Position numbers and translations under genes: made by a program. The notes beneath the pieces are model-generated. The model did no database searches. It saw only the letters and a list, made by a program, of their open reading frames with translations, and was not told the origin of the DNA. A stretch of 63,892 nucleotides of DNA, the filler included, from Kipferlia bialata (taxonomy: Eukaryota): assembly GCA_003568945.1 (NCBI GenBank). It is 6 parts of 6 records of this genome, joined end to end, with 100 filler letters (N's around TTAATTAATTAA, not from the genome) between each part and the next. Parts side by side here need not be neighbours in the genome. Positions count along the whole stretch, not along the records: positions 24,890 to 37,221 come from BDIP01001097.1; positions 37,322 to 49,650 come from BDIP01001098.1; 4 more parts are not named here. One strand, written 5' to 3'. Positions 27,901 to 39,706 of this stretch are shown one piece after another. Positions within the stretch are counted from its first letter, which is position 1, and each line of letters begins with the position of its first letter.

Positions 27901-30900
27901 CTATAGATATACCATAGCCGCCTGTCTGGCCAGTGATACTGTATAAATACACAACATATACTAATATTTGCCTCTTATTAGCATATATCTAACCTTGAAT
28001 AGTAATCAGTGATGCCGTCTGCCTTGCCAGAGGCTGGTCCAGGTCGTTGAATGAGGCAATGGTGTGGGTAGAGACACCCACAGAGGAACGGTTCTCCTCG
28101 ACCCTGGGGGTGAGGCCCCATAAGCATGGTATACTCCAATATATATCTCTCTCTCCCTATATATGATTATTAGTCATATATAGTAGTGATAGTAACTAAA
28201 CCCCCCATCCTGTGTCTTTATGCCAGTCTTCATGTCATCCAGTGCCTCATACATATAACTACCATCCTACATATTACTATATCTCTCTATATATGTGTAT
28301 ATACTATTAGTAGCAAGTATACCTGCCGTCCAATGTCTTGATACTGGCCTTTAGGTCATCGAGTGCCTCGTACAGATCCCTATATATATATACACACATA
28401 CACAGTATGAATATATACAATACCTTCCGTCCAACGTCTTTATGCTAGCCTTCAGGTCATCCAGTGCCTCATAGAGATCACTGCTGGATGTGATGGACCC
28501 AGCCACGGTGTTGAGGTTCTTGTTGACCTTGCCCACCTCCCTGTCGACATAGCTCTGAGGTGAGATATCAGTGTCTCTGACTAATACATATATATATATA
28601 TATATGTGCATAAAATACACTCGTGTTGACCTTGCCCACCTCTCAGTCGACATAACTCTGACGGTTAGGATGGAGACAGAGAAGGTAGGTAACGTAAATG
28701 AATAGAATACTTGCACACATATACCCACTTCAGACACTTCTCCGGTTGTGTGCCTCTCAGACATATATAGTATTTAGACTCTATACATCAAATGTAAATG
28801 AACACCACACTACCTTCAGATATGTCTGTTGCTGTTTGAGCTGCCCTATGCTGCTGCCTGTCTATCTCACATATATATAATTATATATGTATATATATAT
28901 GTGTGTGTGTAATACCTTGAGATATGTCTGCTGCTGTTTCAGCTGTCCAATGCTACTGCCTGTCTCTCTGACATGTCTCTCCACATAGATCCTATTCGCC
29001 AGGGGCATGATGACACCCACAGTGTTGCCCTGATGTAAGAATATATATATATATATATACATATAGTATGAATATAGACACGTGAGTATATATGATATAT
29101 ATCCTGTTGGCCAGGAGCATGATGACACCCACAGTGTTGCCCTGATGTGAGAGAGCCATTACGGATAGAGAATGAAGTCTAGCGAAAGCACAGAGAGAGA
29201 CACTAAATCTCTAGAAGAGGGAATCATATTTACTATAGGAGCTCAGAGAGCAGAATGCTGAAGATAGAGTGGGAGGGAAGGGTGAATCCTCCAGTATCTC
29301 ATTCGTAGAATTCGGGCGAATAATATGATACAATAATGCGTAAATTCTAACTGCCATACCCTCTCTGCCTTCTTGGCATACTATACACTTATACTATGCA
29401 TATATCTGCCATACCCTCTCTGCCTTCTTGGTCAGCTGGTACTGGATGCGGTGCATGAAGTCCTGGGGTGGGTGTATACATATACATATACATATTAATA
29501 ATGTATATACAAAATGTATATTAATGCAGAAAGGGACGAGAGGAGAGACAGGAAAGGGGGGCGGTGCATGAAGTCCTGGGGTGAGTGTAAATTATACATA
29601 TATATATATAATGTATACACATTCCATATACATTAGGCGGCGAGAGTAGAGAGGTGTGGTGCATGAATTCTTGGGGTGAGTGTATAATATTTGACGAACG
29701 TGTGTTGAATACGTTGCAGAAAGGGGAAGAGAGGAGAGAGAGGAAAGGGGGGCGTAGGGAGAAGAAGGACGAGGGGAGAGATAGAAAGAGGAGGGGGGGG
29801 GGGGGGGGGGGGGAAGAGGAGGCAGGGTCAGAGGCAGACACTATGAAAAGAACTATTGCAATGGATATTGACTAACGTGTCCAGAACCACTATACCCCAT
29901 ACCTCTGCCAGTGGGGCATCGGGGTATACTACATAATGTGTATACTATATACTGTGTATACATATATATTAATACATATATAGACAGTGACCATATACAC
30001 ACCTCTGCCAGTGGGGCATCGGGGTATGCAGCATCAAGACCACCAGCAAAGGCAACCTGGAAGGTCAGTACATAGATATATAGTATATATAATATACAGA
30101 GAATATGCATATATAATGTACATATACAAACCACCGGCAAAGGCAACCTGGCATGTCAGTATACATCAGTTGTCAAAGTAGGTAGTATCCCTATCCATGT
30201 ATAGTATTAACCTATATACAAAGATAGAGATTGTATATCTACAGTGCATAACTGTCTCAGTATCTTGATGAATGGTACTGGGTACATCAGTGGCAAAATA
30301 CCCGTAGAGTTATTATCCACATATTATCCACATATATATATATATAGTATACATATATATTAACACATATTTAATGGTATACCTGTCTCTGTGTCTTTAT
30401 GTCAGGCACTGGGTGCCTCAGGGGTAGGGACAGGGTGTGGTGACCAGGGGTGGGGGGGAGGGGGAGGGACCCGTGGCCTGAGGGTCAGCAATGGATTTCA
30501 CTGAATCCACATATCATACATTACATACAGACCTATAGACACTCTAGTGCCAGGGGTACCAGTACGAGGGTCGAAATCTGTACATATATACACACATATA
30601 TATACACACATACTAACGATGGGGCTGTGCCAGGGGTGGAGAGGCATACATATATATATACATGAGTATATATATATAGTGTCAATATCCATAGCATATG
30701 TACCTATTAATGATGGCGCTGTGCCCGTGCCAGGTGTAGATAGGGCCCGGATGAACAAGGTGGGGGTCTGGAAGGGCTTGCCTAGAGTGAGGGGGAGAGA
30801 GAGAGAGAGAGAAAGTCTGGAAGGGCTTGCCGAGTGAAGGAAAGACAGACAAATACATACCTGTAGACATACATACACAAACAAGGAATGTATCAATCAT

Positions 30901-32047
30901 TTATGTACTTTACACTTACATGTATATATATATTCGATACCTGTTGCCATCATATATATATATATATTCGATACCTGTTGCAGCTGCCCCCTCAGCTGGC
31001 ACTGAGAGAGAGAGAGAGAGAGCATATGTACATATACATATATAAGTGCTGATGCATATACATATGCGATACCTGTTGCAGCTGCCCCCTCAGCTGGCAG
31101 AGAGAGAGAGAATGGCGGCAGTGGCAGTGTGAGTGCCCCCTGTCTGTGGCCAAGGTGGGTGCAGGAGGAGAAGAGGGGGTCTCTCTCTCCCTCTCCCTTG
31201 GGGTGAGTATGAATACAGTGCTACGGTAATTATAGATGCATTTGTATATATGTCTATATACACATATATACCTCTGCGTCACTCCCCCCTTGGACCGAGC
31301 ACTCCAGCACCACACCCCCGCCCCCACATGCACCGGTGGACATGGTGAGGCTGGTCAGGACAACACTGAGGGTTAGTGTGTTATGTACACAAATACAATA
31401 GTACATAGTATATGGTATATATATATATATATATACATGTACTGGTGCTGGACATGGACAGGCTGGTCAGAACAACGCTGAGGGTTAGTGTGTTATATAT
31501 ATCTATATATATATATATAGAGAGAGAGAGATGCGCAGGCTGGTCAGAACAACACTGAGGGTGAGTGTGTTATATATATACTCAAATACAATAGTATATA
31601 GTATATGGTATATATATATATATGTACTGATGGTGAGACTGGTCAGAACAACGCTAAGGGTGGGTATGAGATACATGTATCTATATATATAGAGAGAGAG
31701 GGAGGGAGATGCACAGGCTGGTCAGCACAACACTGAGGGTGAGCGAGCGTATCCGCACTCATACATATACTTATACACACAGTCATACCTGCACGTGCCG
31801 CTCTGTACAGAGGGGGCAAGGCATTAATACATTATACAATATAGTATATATAGTATATATTGTATATATTGGATATATAGTATATATAATACATATAATT
31901 AAGTATATATAGTATATAATATGATAATATGAATATACAAGTTACTCAATATACATTGACACACACACCTGCATGTACCACTCTGCACTGTGTGCACAAA
32001 GGGGGCGGTAGTATACACTGATAGATCTAGAGTATCCGTATATATGC

Positions 32048-32090
<43 letters not shown>

Positions 32091-35035
32091 GTACCTGCAT
32101 GTGCCACTCTGCACCGTGTGCACAGAGGGTACATTCACATAGAACCCCCATACAACTATATATTACTTGATACTTCAATATATAGATATATACTTGTATC
32201 CATACCTACACGTGCCGCTCTGCACTGTGTGTACAGACGGGGCAGTAGTATGTACAGTCTATCTATATTATACCATAGTACATACTTGTATACTAGTACT
32301 GTATATATACATCCCTACCTGCATGTGCCGCTCTGCACTGTGTGTACAAAGGGGGCAGGGGAGCCAGAGAGCAGGGAGCGGAGGGGGTTGGCCCTGGGTA
32401 TGATTACACAAAGAAGAGAGTAGAAATAGAGTGAGAGAGAGAGATAATTGAAGTGGCTCGGCCAGTTCTGGGACTAAACATTGTTATAGCGATACATATG
32501 ATATTATGCATACAGCGGAAGAGGAATATAGAGAGATACCTGCATACAGTGGGTGCTGGCAGTGACTGTGACAGGTGGGGGTATATTATATATAGATATA
32601 TATAGATAGATCTATAGATAGACACATGTCTACGTATACACACCTGTATACAATGGAAGAGAAAGAGAGAGAGAGAGAGAGATACCTGCACACTGTGGGT
32701 GCCGGTAGTGACTGTGGGACAGGGGGGGAGTGTATCTCCAGGGTGACACAGACAAGGCCCAGCTCAGGGACAGGGAGGGTAAACTCACAGAGACCCTATG
32801 GTTATGGGGGAGAGAGAGAGAGAGAGCTGCAGAGAGAGAGAGACTCAATATGTACCTGTGAGAGAGATGGCGTGGCCGCTGTGTACACGCACTTACATAC
32901 ACATACAGATATAGATGCATATATATACATAGACACATACCTGTGATAGGGTTGGTGTGGCCGCTGTGTACACTGCTCTACACAGAAACAGGCATATATG
33001 TATATATGTGTATATAAATGTGTATTAACATATACCTGGGTCAGAGTGGGCGTGGCCGCTGTGTACACACTGACCCTGCCAGAGGGATGGGCCTTGGCAC
33101 TGAACAGGAACCTAGTAGTTAGGGTATATAGATGTGTTGGAATATATATATGTATATAGGATGAATAGAGAGAGAGAGAGAGAGAGAGACTAGAGGGGTG
33201 GGCCTTGGCACTGAACAGGAACCTAGGAGGTTGGTATACATTGTATATAGGGAGATAGTGGGGGGGGGGGAGTGTGTGTATACCTATCCTGCGCATCGTG
33301 TGGACACAGTGACACAGCCAGGGGATGTATATACATATACATACATATCTATATCTATATGTATATATACATACCTGTCCTGAGCGTCGTGTGGACAGAG
33401 TGACACAGCCAGGGGAGGGAATGCCACGGGTATGGTGGCCAGGGGAGGGGGGGAGGCAGGGGTATGGGAACCAAGGCCACCCTCTCTCCTCTCCCGCTCT
33501 CTCTCCCTCTCCCTCTCTGCCACGGGGTCCTTGCGTCTGAAGAGACCTGGGGTCAATACATATACATGTATATATATATATAAATATATATATATATAGT
33601 CTGAAGAGACCTGGTGTCACAATAGACAGGTAGCATATCATATTTATATACTATATAGAGGAAGTCTATGTACTCCCTGCCACGGGGTCCTTGCGTCTAA
33701 ATAGGCCTCGTTATGAGTACACATACATGTATATAAACAGGTTTCGCATGTTGATGTATGGTATGTATATATCATAAAGGTACCTAATAGACTGGGAAAA
33801 GATACACTAGACTCTGGCCACCATAAGCACTATAGATAAACTATATATATACATATATATATATGGTCCTTGCGAATACCTATAAGACTAGGAAGAGATA
33901 CACTTGCCTCTCCCTCCCCGTAACCAGGGGGGCACCCTAACCAGTATAGGATACATATGGTATCTATACTATACATACCTAGCAAGCTAGGCAATGATAC
34001 ACTTGGCCTCTCCCTCCTAGTGACCAGGGGTGCACCCTTCTCTGGCTTGTCTGTGTGTACATGCACACCCCTGTCCAGCGCATCGACTGAGGGTGAGGGT
34101 GTACAGATACAGATGGTGTATACTATATTCTACCTATATACCTTGTGGTCATGTCTGCTTGGAAGACATAAACAACAAATAGTGGACAGGTATATATATA
34201 CAGATCGGGAGATAGATATATGAATACCTAAGGGTGTCCTCTCCCCTGTTCCCTTGCACCCGTGTGCACTGAGGTCTGTCTGCTCACAGGACAGGGTGCC
34301 AATGGTATCTACCTCAACCTCAACCTGGGGGTTAATGCTAGAAGACATATATGATATATCCATGAAGAGAGAGAGAGAGAGAGAGAGAGAGAGTTGGTCA
34401 CAGGACAGGGTGCCAATGGTGTCCACCTCCACTTCTACCTAGAGTCAGTGTCAATAGGTATATCATACACTAGAAGAGAGAGAGAGAGGGGGGGGAGACA
34501 AAGCAACTCTACTCTGGCTGATGAGAGAGGGAAAGAGAGAGAGATGAGAATCCAACTGTGGCTAGGGTGAGATATAGTGGGAAGCAGAGAGAGACAGGAG
34601 ACAAGAGGAGGCTACCTGAGGATAAGCACCATCATATACAGGTACATTGGAAGAAGTATCTTAAGTTAGACAAGGGTAGGTGTCAGTGGAGGTACCTACA
34701 TATATGTATTTTCATTTATGGTATAGAGAGAGGCTACCATATTGAGAGAGAGCTGAGAGAGAGAGAGAGCCCACCTCTGCCGATGCCAGGTGCACTGTGC
34801 CCACCACCCCCTCAGTCCCATCCTCAGTCCCCTCAGAGGCAGACTCACTGTACCCAGAGTCCTCACTGCTCTCAGACCCTCCCCTGGACCCTCTAGAGTG
34901 CTTAGAGTTCCTTATGTGCTCACCCCTCCCACTGTTAGTAGTGGCACTCACAGAGACACACACAGACAGGGTCACTCGGTCAAGCGCCTGGGGCGGCACA
35001 CGCACATGCCACAGCCGAGACTGGGTCACGGGCAT
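24940..35035 (-). CDS. Long multi-exon hypothetical protein with a Pro/Ser-rich middle and coiled-coil C-terminus, 3' truncated (could be two genes)
   Basis: Start MPVTQSRLWHVRVPPQALDRV at 35035; helical heptad-rich exons such as SYVDREVGKVNKNLNTVAGSITSSSDLYEALDDLKASIKTLDGR, RFDVLRGEVMAAIEEQRSSLDLLR, ADLAELDRMLSALIRDSEKRHS. Confidence 0.6.
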
Positions 35036-35680
35036 GCTCCAGAGCTAGAAGTCCCAAAAGAATACACGCTCAAGATACTAGTGCAGCTATAGAACTCGCA
35101 GGAGTAGTAAGAGAGGAGTCGCCGAAGTCATTTTCCAAAATTGGATTGAAGTAAGGGTGTAGCAACGTCTGAGAGTCAAAAACTTGCTCAATGTCAATGT
35201 AATGGATTGTCAAACCAAGGATACGCTTCTTCTGGCTAACTAGTGGTCTGTCAGCTTACTTCAGGTGTCTGTGACGGTCCTGGAACCCTATATTGAGTGA
35301 TAAAAGGCACTTGTCCTGCTCAAAAGGTGGAGTAGTGAGTGTCTACACGCATATACTCCAGGGCAAAAACACTAAGGGGGTCAGAAGCGAAGAAGAATTT
35401 ACACGTATTGACACGTTGAGTCACGTATTCCTTTCTTCTCTATAGAGGAGCTCTATCTATATCAGAAGAGCTCTGCTGGTGGGAGAGGGAGTTAGGTAAT
35501 AGTTATGTGCCAGGGCAGACTTGATGTCAGAGGAACTTCAGCCACTATGTAGAGGATCCGCGTCAATTCTCCCCCTTGTTCACTCACAAATTGTCTCCAC
35601 ATGCTTGGTTCCTCATACAGGTCTCCTTATTGCGGCAATGGCATGTCTAACCCGCTCTACCCATATTGGGATATGTATGA

Positions 35681-35725
<45 letters not shown>

Positions 35726-35745
35726 TCGTCTCTCCCTTACCTTAG

Positions 35746-37037
35746 GACCTACAAGGAGCGTGCCATTGTGTTTGTCAGGACCAAGAAGAGTGCCCACCTG
35801 CTGACAGCATTCCTGCAGGTATATAACAAATACATAGTATACCACATATATATACATAGTACTATGTATTGTTTGTTATATATATATATATGTATGTTAT
35901 ATTCTGACAGCATTCCTGCAGGTATATAATGAATACTATATACATACACTATACCATAATGAATACTATATACATACACTATACCATGTATTTCATTTAA
36001 TCCCAGGCCCTCTCTCTCTCTGTGGATGAGATGCACGGACACATTACATAATTCTTACAAGTATAGTATACATAGTATTATGTATTATTTGCTATATACA
36101 TATAAATATATGAATATTACATCTAATATCAGGCCCTCTCCCTGTCTGTTGATGAGATGCACGGACACATTGCATAATACTTATTAGTATAGTACATAGT
36201 ATTATGTATTATATGAATAATACATCTAATATCAGGCCCTGTCCCTGTCTGTGGATGAGATGCACGGAGACCTCTCCCAGGCACAGAGGCTGTCTGCACT
36301 TGATAGGTACTATTAATATAGAGAGGACATTATTATTCACACACTAGTATATCATACTTACTTATGTGAAATGGAGACCTCTCCCAGGCACAGTGCCCTT
36401 GATAGGTGAATAGTCTCTCTCTCACTCACACACACTCTCTCTCTCTCTCCCTATCTATGTCTTATACCCAGGTTTGAGGATGGCACCATCAAGGCCCTCA
36501 TCTGCACAGACCTGGCATCAAGAGGTATATTGTATGTGTATATACATATATATGTATATACATATTTTTTTATATGTTGTATGTGTATCCATTGTGTCCC
36601 CATCATATATGACACTCATCTGCACAGACCTGGCATCAAGAGGTATTGTTATAGTATATATATATATATATATATATTTATTTATACATATATATATATA
36701 TATATATATTTATATTGTATGAGTACCTATTGTGTCCTCATCATATATGGCACTCATCTGGCATCTAGAGTATATGTATACAATGCAGTGTGTGTGTAAA
36801 TGTATAATTGTCTGTTTGTCTTATATATATAGTGATATATGTATATATTGGCTCACCCAGGCATTGACGTTGCCGGTGTCGAGGCCGTGATTGAGTTTGA
36901 CAATATATATATATACTTTGTATATATACTCTCTATGTATATGGTCTCATCCCAGGTATTGACGTTGCCGGTGTCGAGGCTGTGATTGAGTTTGACATGG
37001 CTAGGACAGGGGAGGAGCACGTGCACAGGGCTGGGCG
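35746..37037 (+). CDS. DDX27: DEAD-box RNA helicase, DDX27/Drs1-like, C-terminal RecA domain only
   Basis: Spliced TYKERAIVFVRTKKSAHLL..-..EMHGDLSQAQRLSALDR-FEDGTIKALICTDLASR-GIDVAGVEAVIEFDMARTGEEHVHRAGR (motifs IV, QxxR, V, VI); subfamily assigned from recalled similarity. Confidence 0.85.
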
Positions 37038-37221
37038 GTGAGTGTATATATGTATATATAGAGAGAGAGAGAGAGAGAGATAAGGACAGGGGAGGAGCAC
37101 GTGCACAGGGCTGGACGGTTAGTATATGAATACGTATGTATATATATATATAGAGAGAGAGAGAGACAAGGACAGGGGAGGAGCACGTGCACAGGGCTGG
37201 GCGGTGAGTATTATATATATA

Positions 37222-37321
37222 NNNNNNNNNNNNNNNNNNNNNNNNNNNNNNNNNNNNNNNNNNNNTTAATTAATTAANNNNNNNNNNNNNNNNNNNNNNN
37301 NNNNNNNNNNNNNNNNNNNNN
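37222..37321. other. Artificial scaffold linker
   Basis: 100 bp of N + TTAATTAATTAA + N. Confidence 0.98.
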
Positions 37322-37505
37322 GCTCACAGAGGCACTAGTTACTAATCGAGAATGCTATTATGTATATACATTAGTACATAGTCATCCTTACCCCAGGCTG
37401 CCCAGTATGCCGCTGCCACCCATGGTATATATACATGTATATACGATATTTGTAATTATATAAGTAATACTAGTATATATCATAGTATACAGTCCTTACT
37501 CCCAG

Positions 37506-38926
37506 GCTGCCCAGTATGCCGCTGCCACCCAGGGTGCAGGGGCAGGGTATGGACAGCAGTACGCATACGCATACATGCCAGGTGGGTGTAGAGTGTACAC
37601 ATATATATATTGTAGATGCGTATGGATACCAGATGGGGATGATACCCCCTCCCCATATTTACCACCACCTTGGCTCAACTCTCTCCCCCCCCCCCCCTCT
37701 CTCTCCCTCTCACTCTAGGTGTCTCCTACCAGTCCTAATACACCATGACTGTCTTTTTTTCTCTCTCTCTATATATATATATATATGTGTGTGTCTCACT
37801 CCAGGTGTCTCCTACCAGTCCTACTACACCATGCCGGTCTCTGTCCCAGTGGCACAGTACTCCAAGAAGCTGGGGAGGAAGCTGGTCGAGTTCAAGCCAA
37901 GGTATGTATATACTTGTATATAGTCATATTCTCTCTCTCTCTATATATATATACACTCACCCCAGGGATGACGATGACAACATTGTGCCCCATGGGTTCA
38001 ACGTCAAGAGGTGGTTTGACTACCAGGTACCCTATGCCTATCATACAAGTATTATACATATTTGTGTATAGTTGTTGTATATATTTGTAGTATATGTATG
38101 TAGTTGATATAGTATCATCGTGCCCCATGGGTTCAACGTCCAGAGGTGGTTTGACTACCAGGTAAAGGGTGCATCTATTATGTGTGTAATAATAACTAAT
38201 TACTATTTAGGTATTATATAATGTCTAACCTTTAAGATTATTAAGCACGAGGAGCTGAAGAAGGACAATTCTATGATGATGTGGTGTACATTAGTTGTAG
38301 AATAATATTTATTTCTCCCCATCTCCTTCTAACCCTAGCACGAGGAGCTGAAGAAGGACAAGAAGAGTAGTATTAATATATATTTATATATATGGTATAT
38401 GTATAGTATATATATACTATATACGTGTCTAACCTTAAAGCACGAGGAGCTCAAGAAGGACAAGAAGAAGAGTATATATAGTATATACGTATAGTATATA
38501 TATATATATATATAGTGTATATATAGTCAGTACTTCTAACCCCAGCACGAGGAGCTCAAGAAGGACAAGAAGAAGGCCCCCAAGTCCAAGAACGGGTTTG
38601 GGTTCCCATTCGGCAGGGCACTCGGAAGGGTGGAGGCAAAGTGAGTATTGTCATATATATATGAACACTCTTAGTATACCCATTTCTTACGCGATAGGTA
38701 CGGAGGCACCACCACTGCCTTCTTTGCCCTGGCCAGGTGGTTCCTGATGCTCAACCTCTTCCTGTGTGCAGTGTGGATTGGACTGGTGGTACTGCCAAAC
38801 TACAGGTATACTCTCTCTCTCTCTCTCTCTCTCTGTCATGTTAATATAATAGTAAGTATGTGCAGTGTGGATTGGACTGGTGGTACTACCCAACTACAGG
38901 TATGTATATTATAGTATATTGTATAG

Positions 38927-38958
<32 letters not shown>

Positions 38959-39234
38959 TGTATATATCTCAGGTATGGTGTATTCTAGTATATATAAGAT
39001 ATATAGTGTAGCAGTGTGGACTGGTGGTGCTGCCAAAGTACAAATATACCCCCCCCCCCCTCTATACTCCTAATATCCAGCGATGCCCCCATCCCCGACT
39101 CCTACTGGACAGACTCTCTCTCTCTCTCTCTCTCTCTCTCTACACCCTTATTCCCAGCGATGCCCCCATCCCTGACTCCTACTGGACAGACTCCTCCCTC
39201 ATAGACTTTGCAACAACCCTGGTCACATGGGCAG
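37506..39234 (+). CDS. Transmembrane channel-like (TMC family) protein, N-terminal fragment
   Basis: Spliced FPFGRALGRVEAK-YGGTTTAFFALARWFLMLNLFLCAVWIGLVVLP resembles the TMC pre-TM1/TM1 signature (L..IE..FG..V.SYF.FLRWL..LN). Confidence 0.72.
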
Positions 39235-39406
39235 GTATATATATATTTTGTATATGGTATATATATATACATAAGAGAAGGGGAGAGGGAGTATATATGT
39301 AGTGTGTATATATAGTATCTATCATAGACTATGCAAAAACCCTAGTCACATGGGCAGGTATCTATGTGTAAAAACTCCTATATTGTATTGGTGTTCTCTC
39401 CTGCCA

Positions 39407-39437
<31 letters not shown>

Positions 39438-39706
39438 TTTCCCCCCCTTCCCCCCCCCCCCCCCCCCCCCCCCCCGTGTCTCTCTCGTTTAACTCGACAG
39501 CATTGTTTGACCCCTAGGCTAATGAAGAAGTATTCGTTTTGCATGTGTGTCCGTTTATGTCGTGTATCTTCTCTTCCATTCTGACCCACCACTTCTCTCT
39601 CTCTCTCTCTCTAATACTTAGGACTGTGTATACGTTCCGTCTCCTGCCTCTTCTCCTCCATCATCATCACCAACCACTTCTCTCTCTCTCTTGCTCTAAT
39701 TCTAAG

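Noticed and set aside
28323..28554. Shadows as ordinary mutually exclusive exons
   Set aside because: Copies have only one splice site. Nearby AG/GT pairs that I tried here and at 13347-13520 shift the frame, and some copies carry stops
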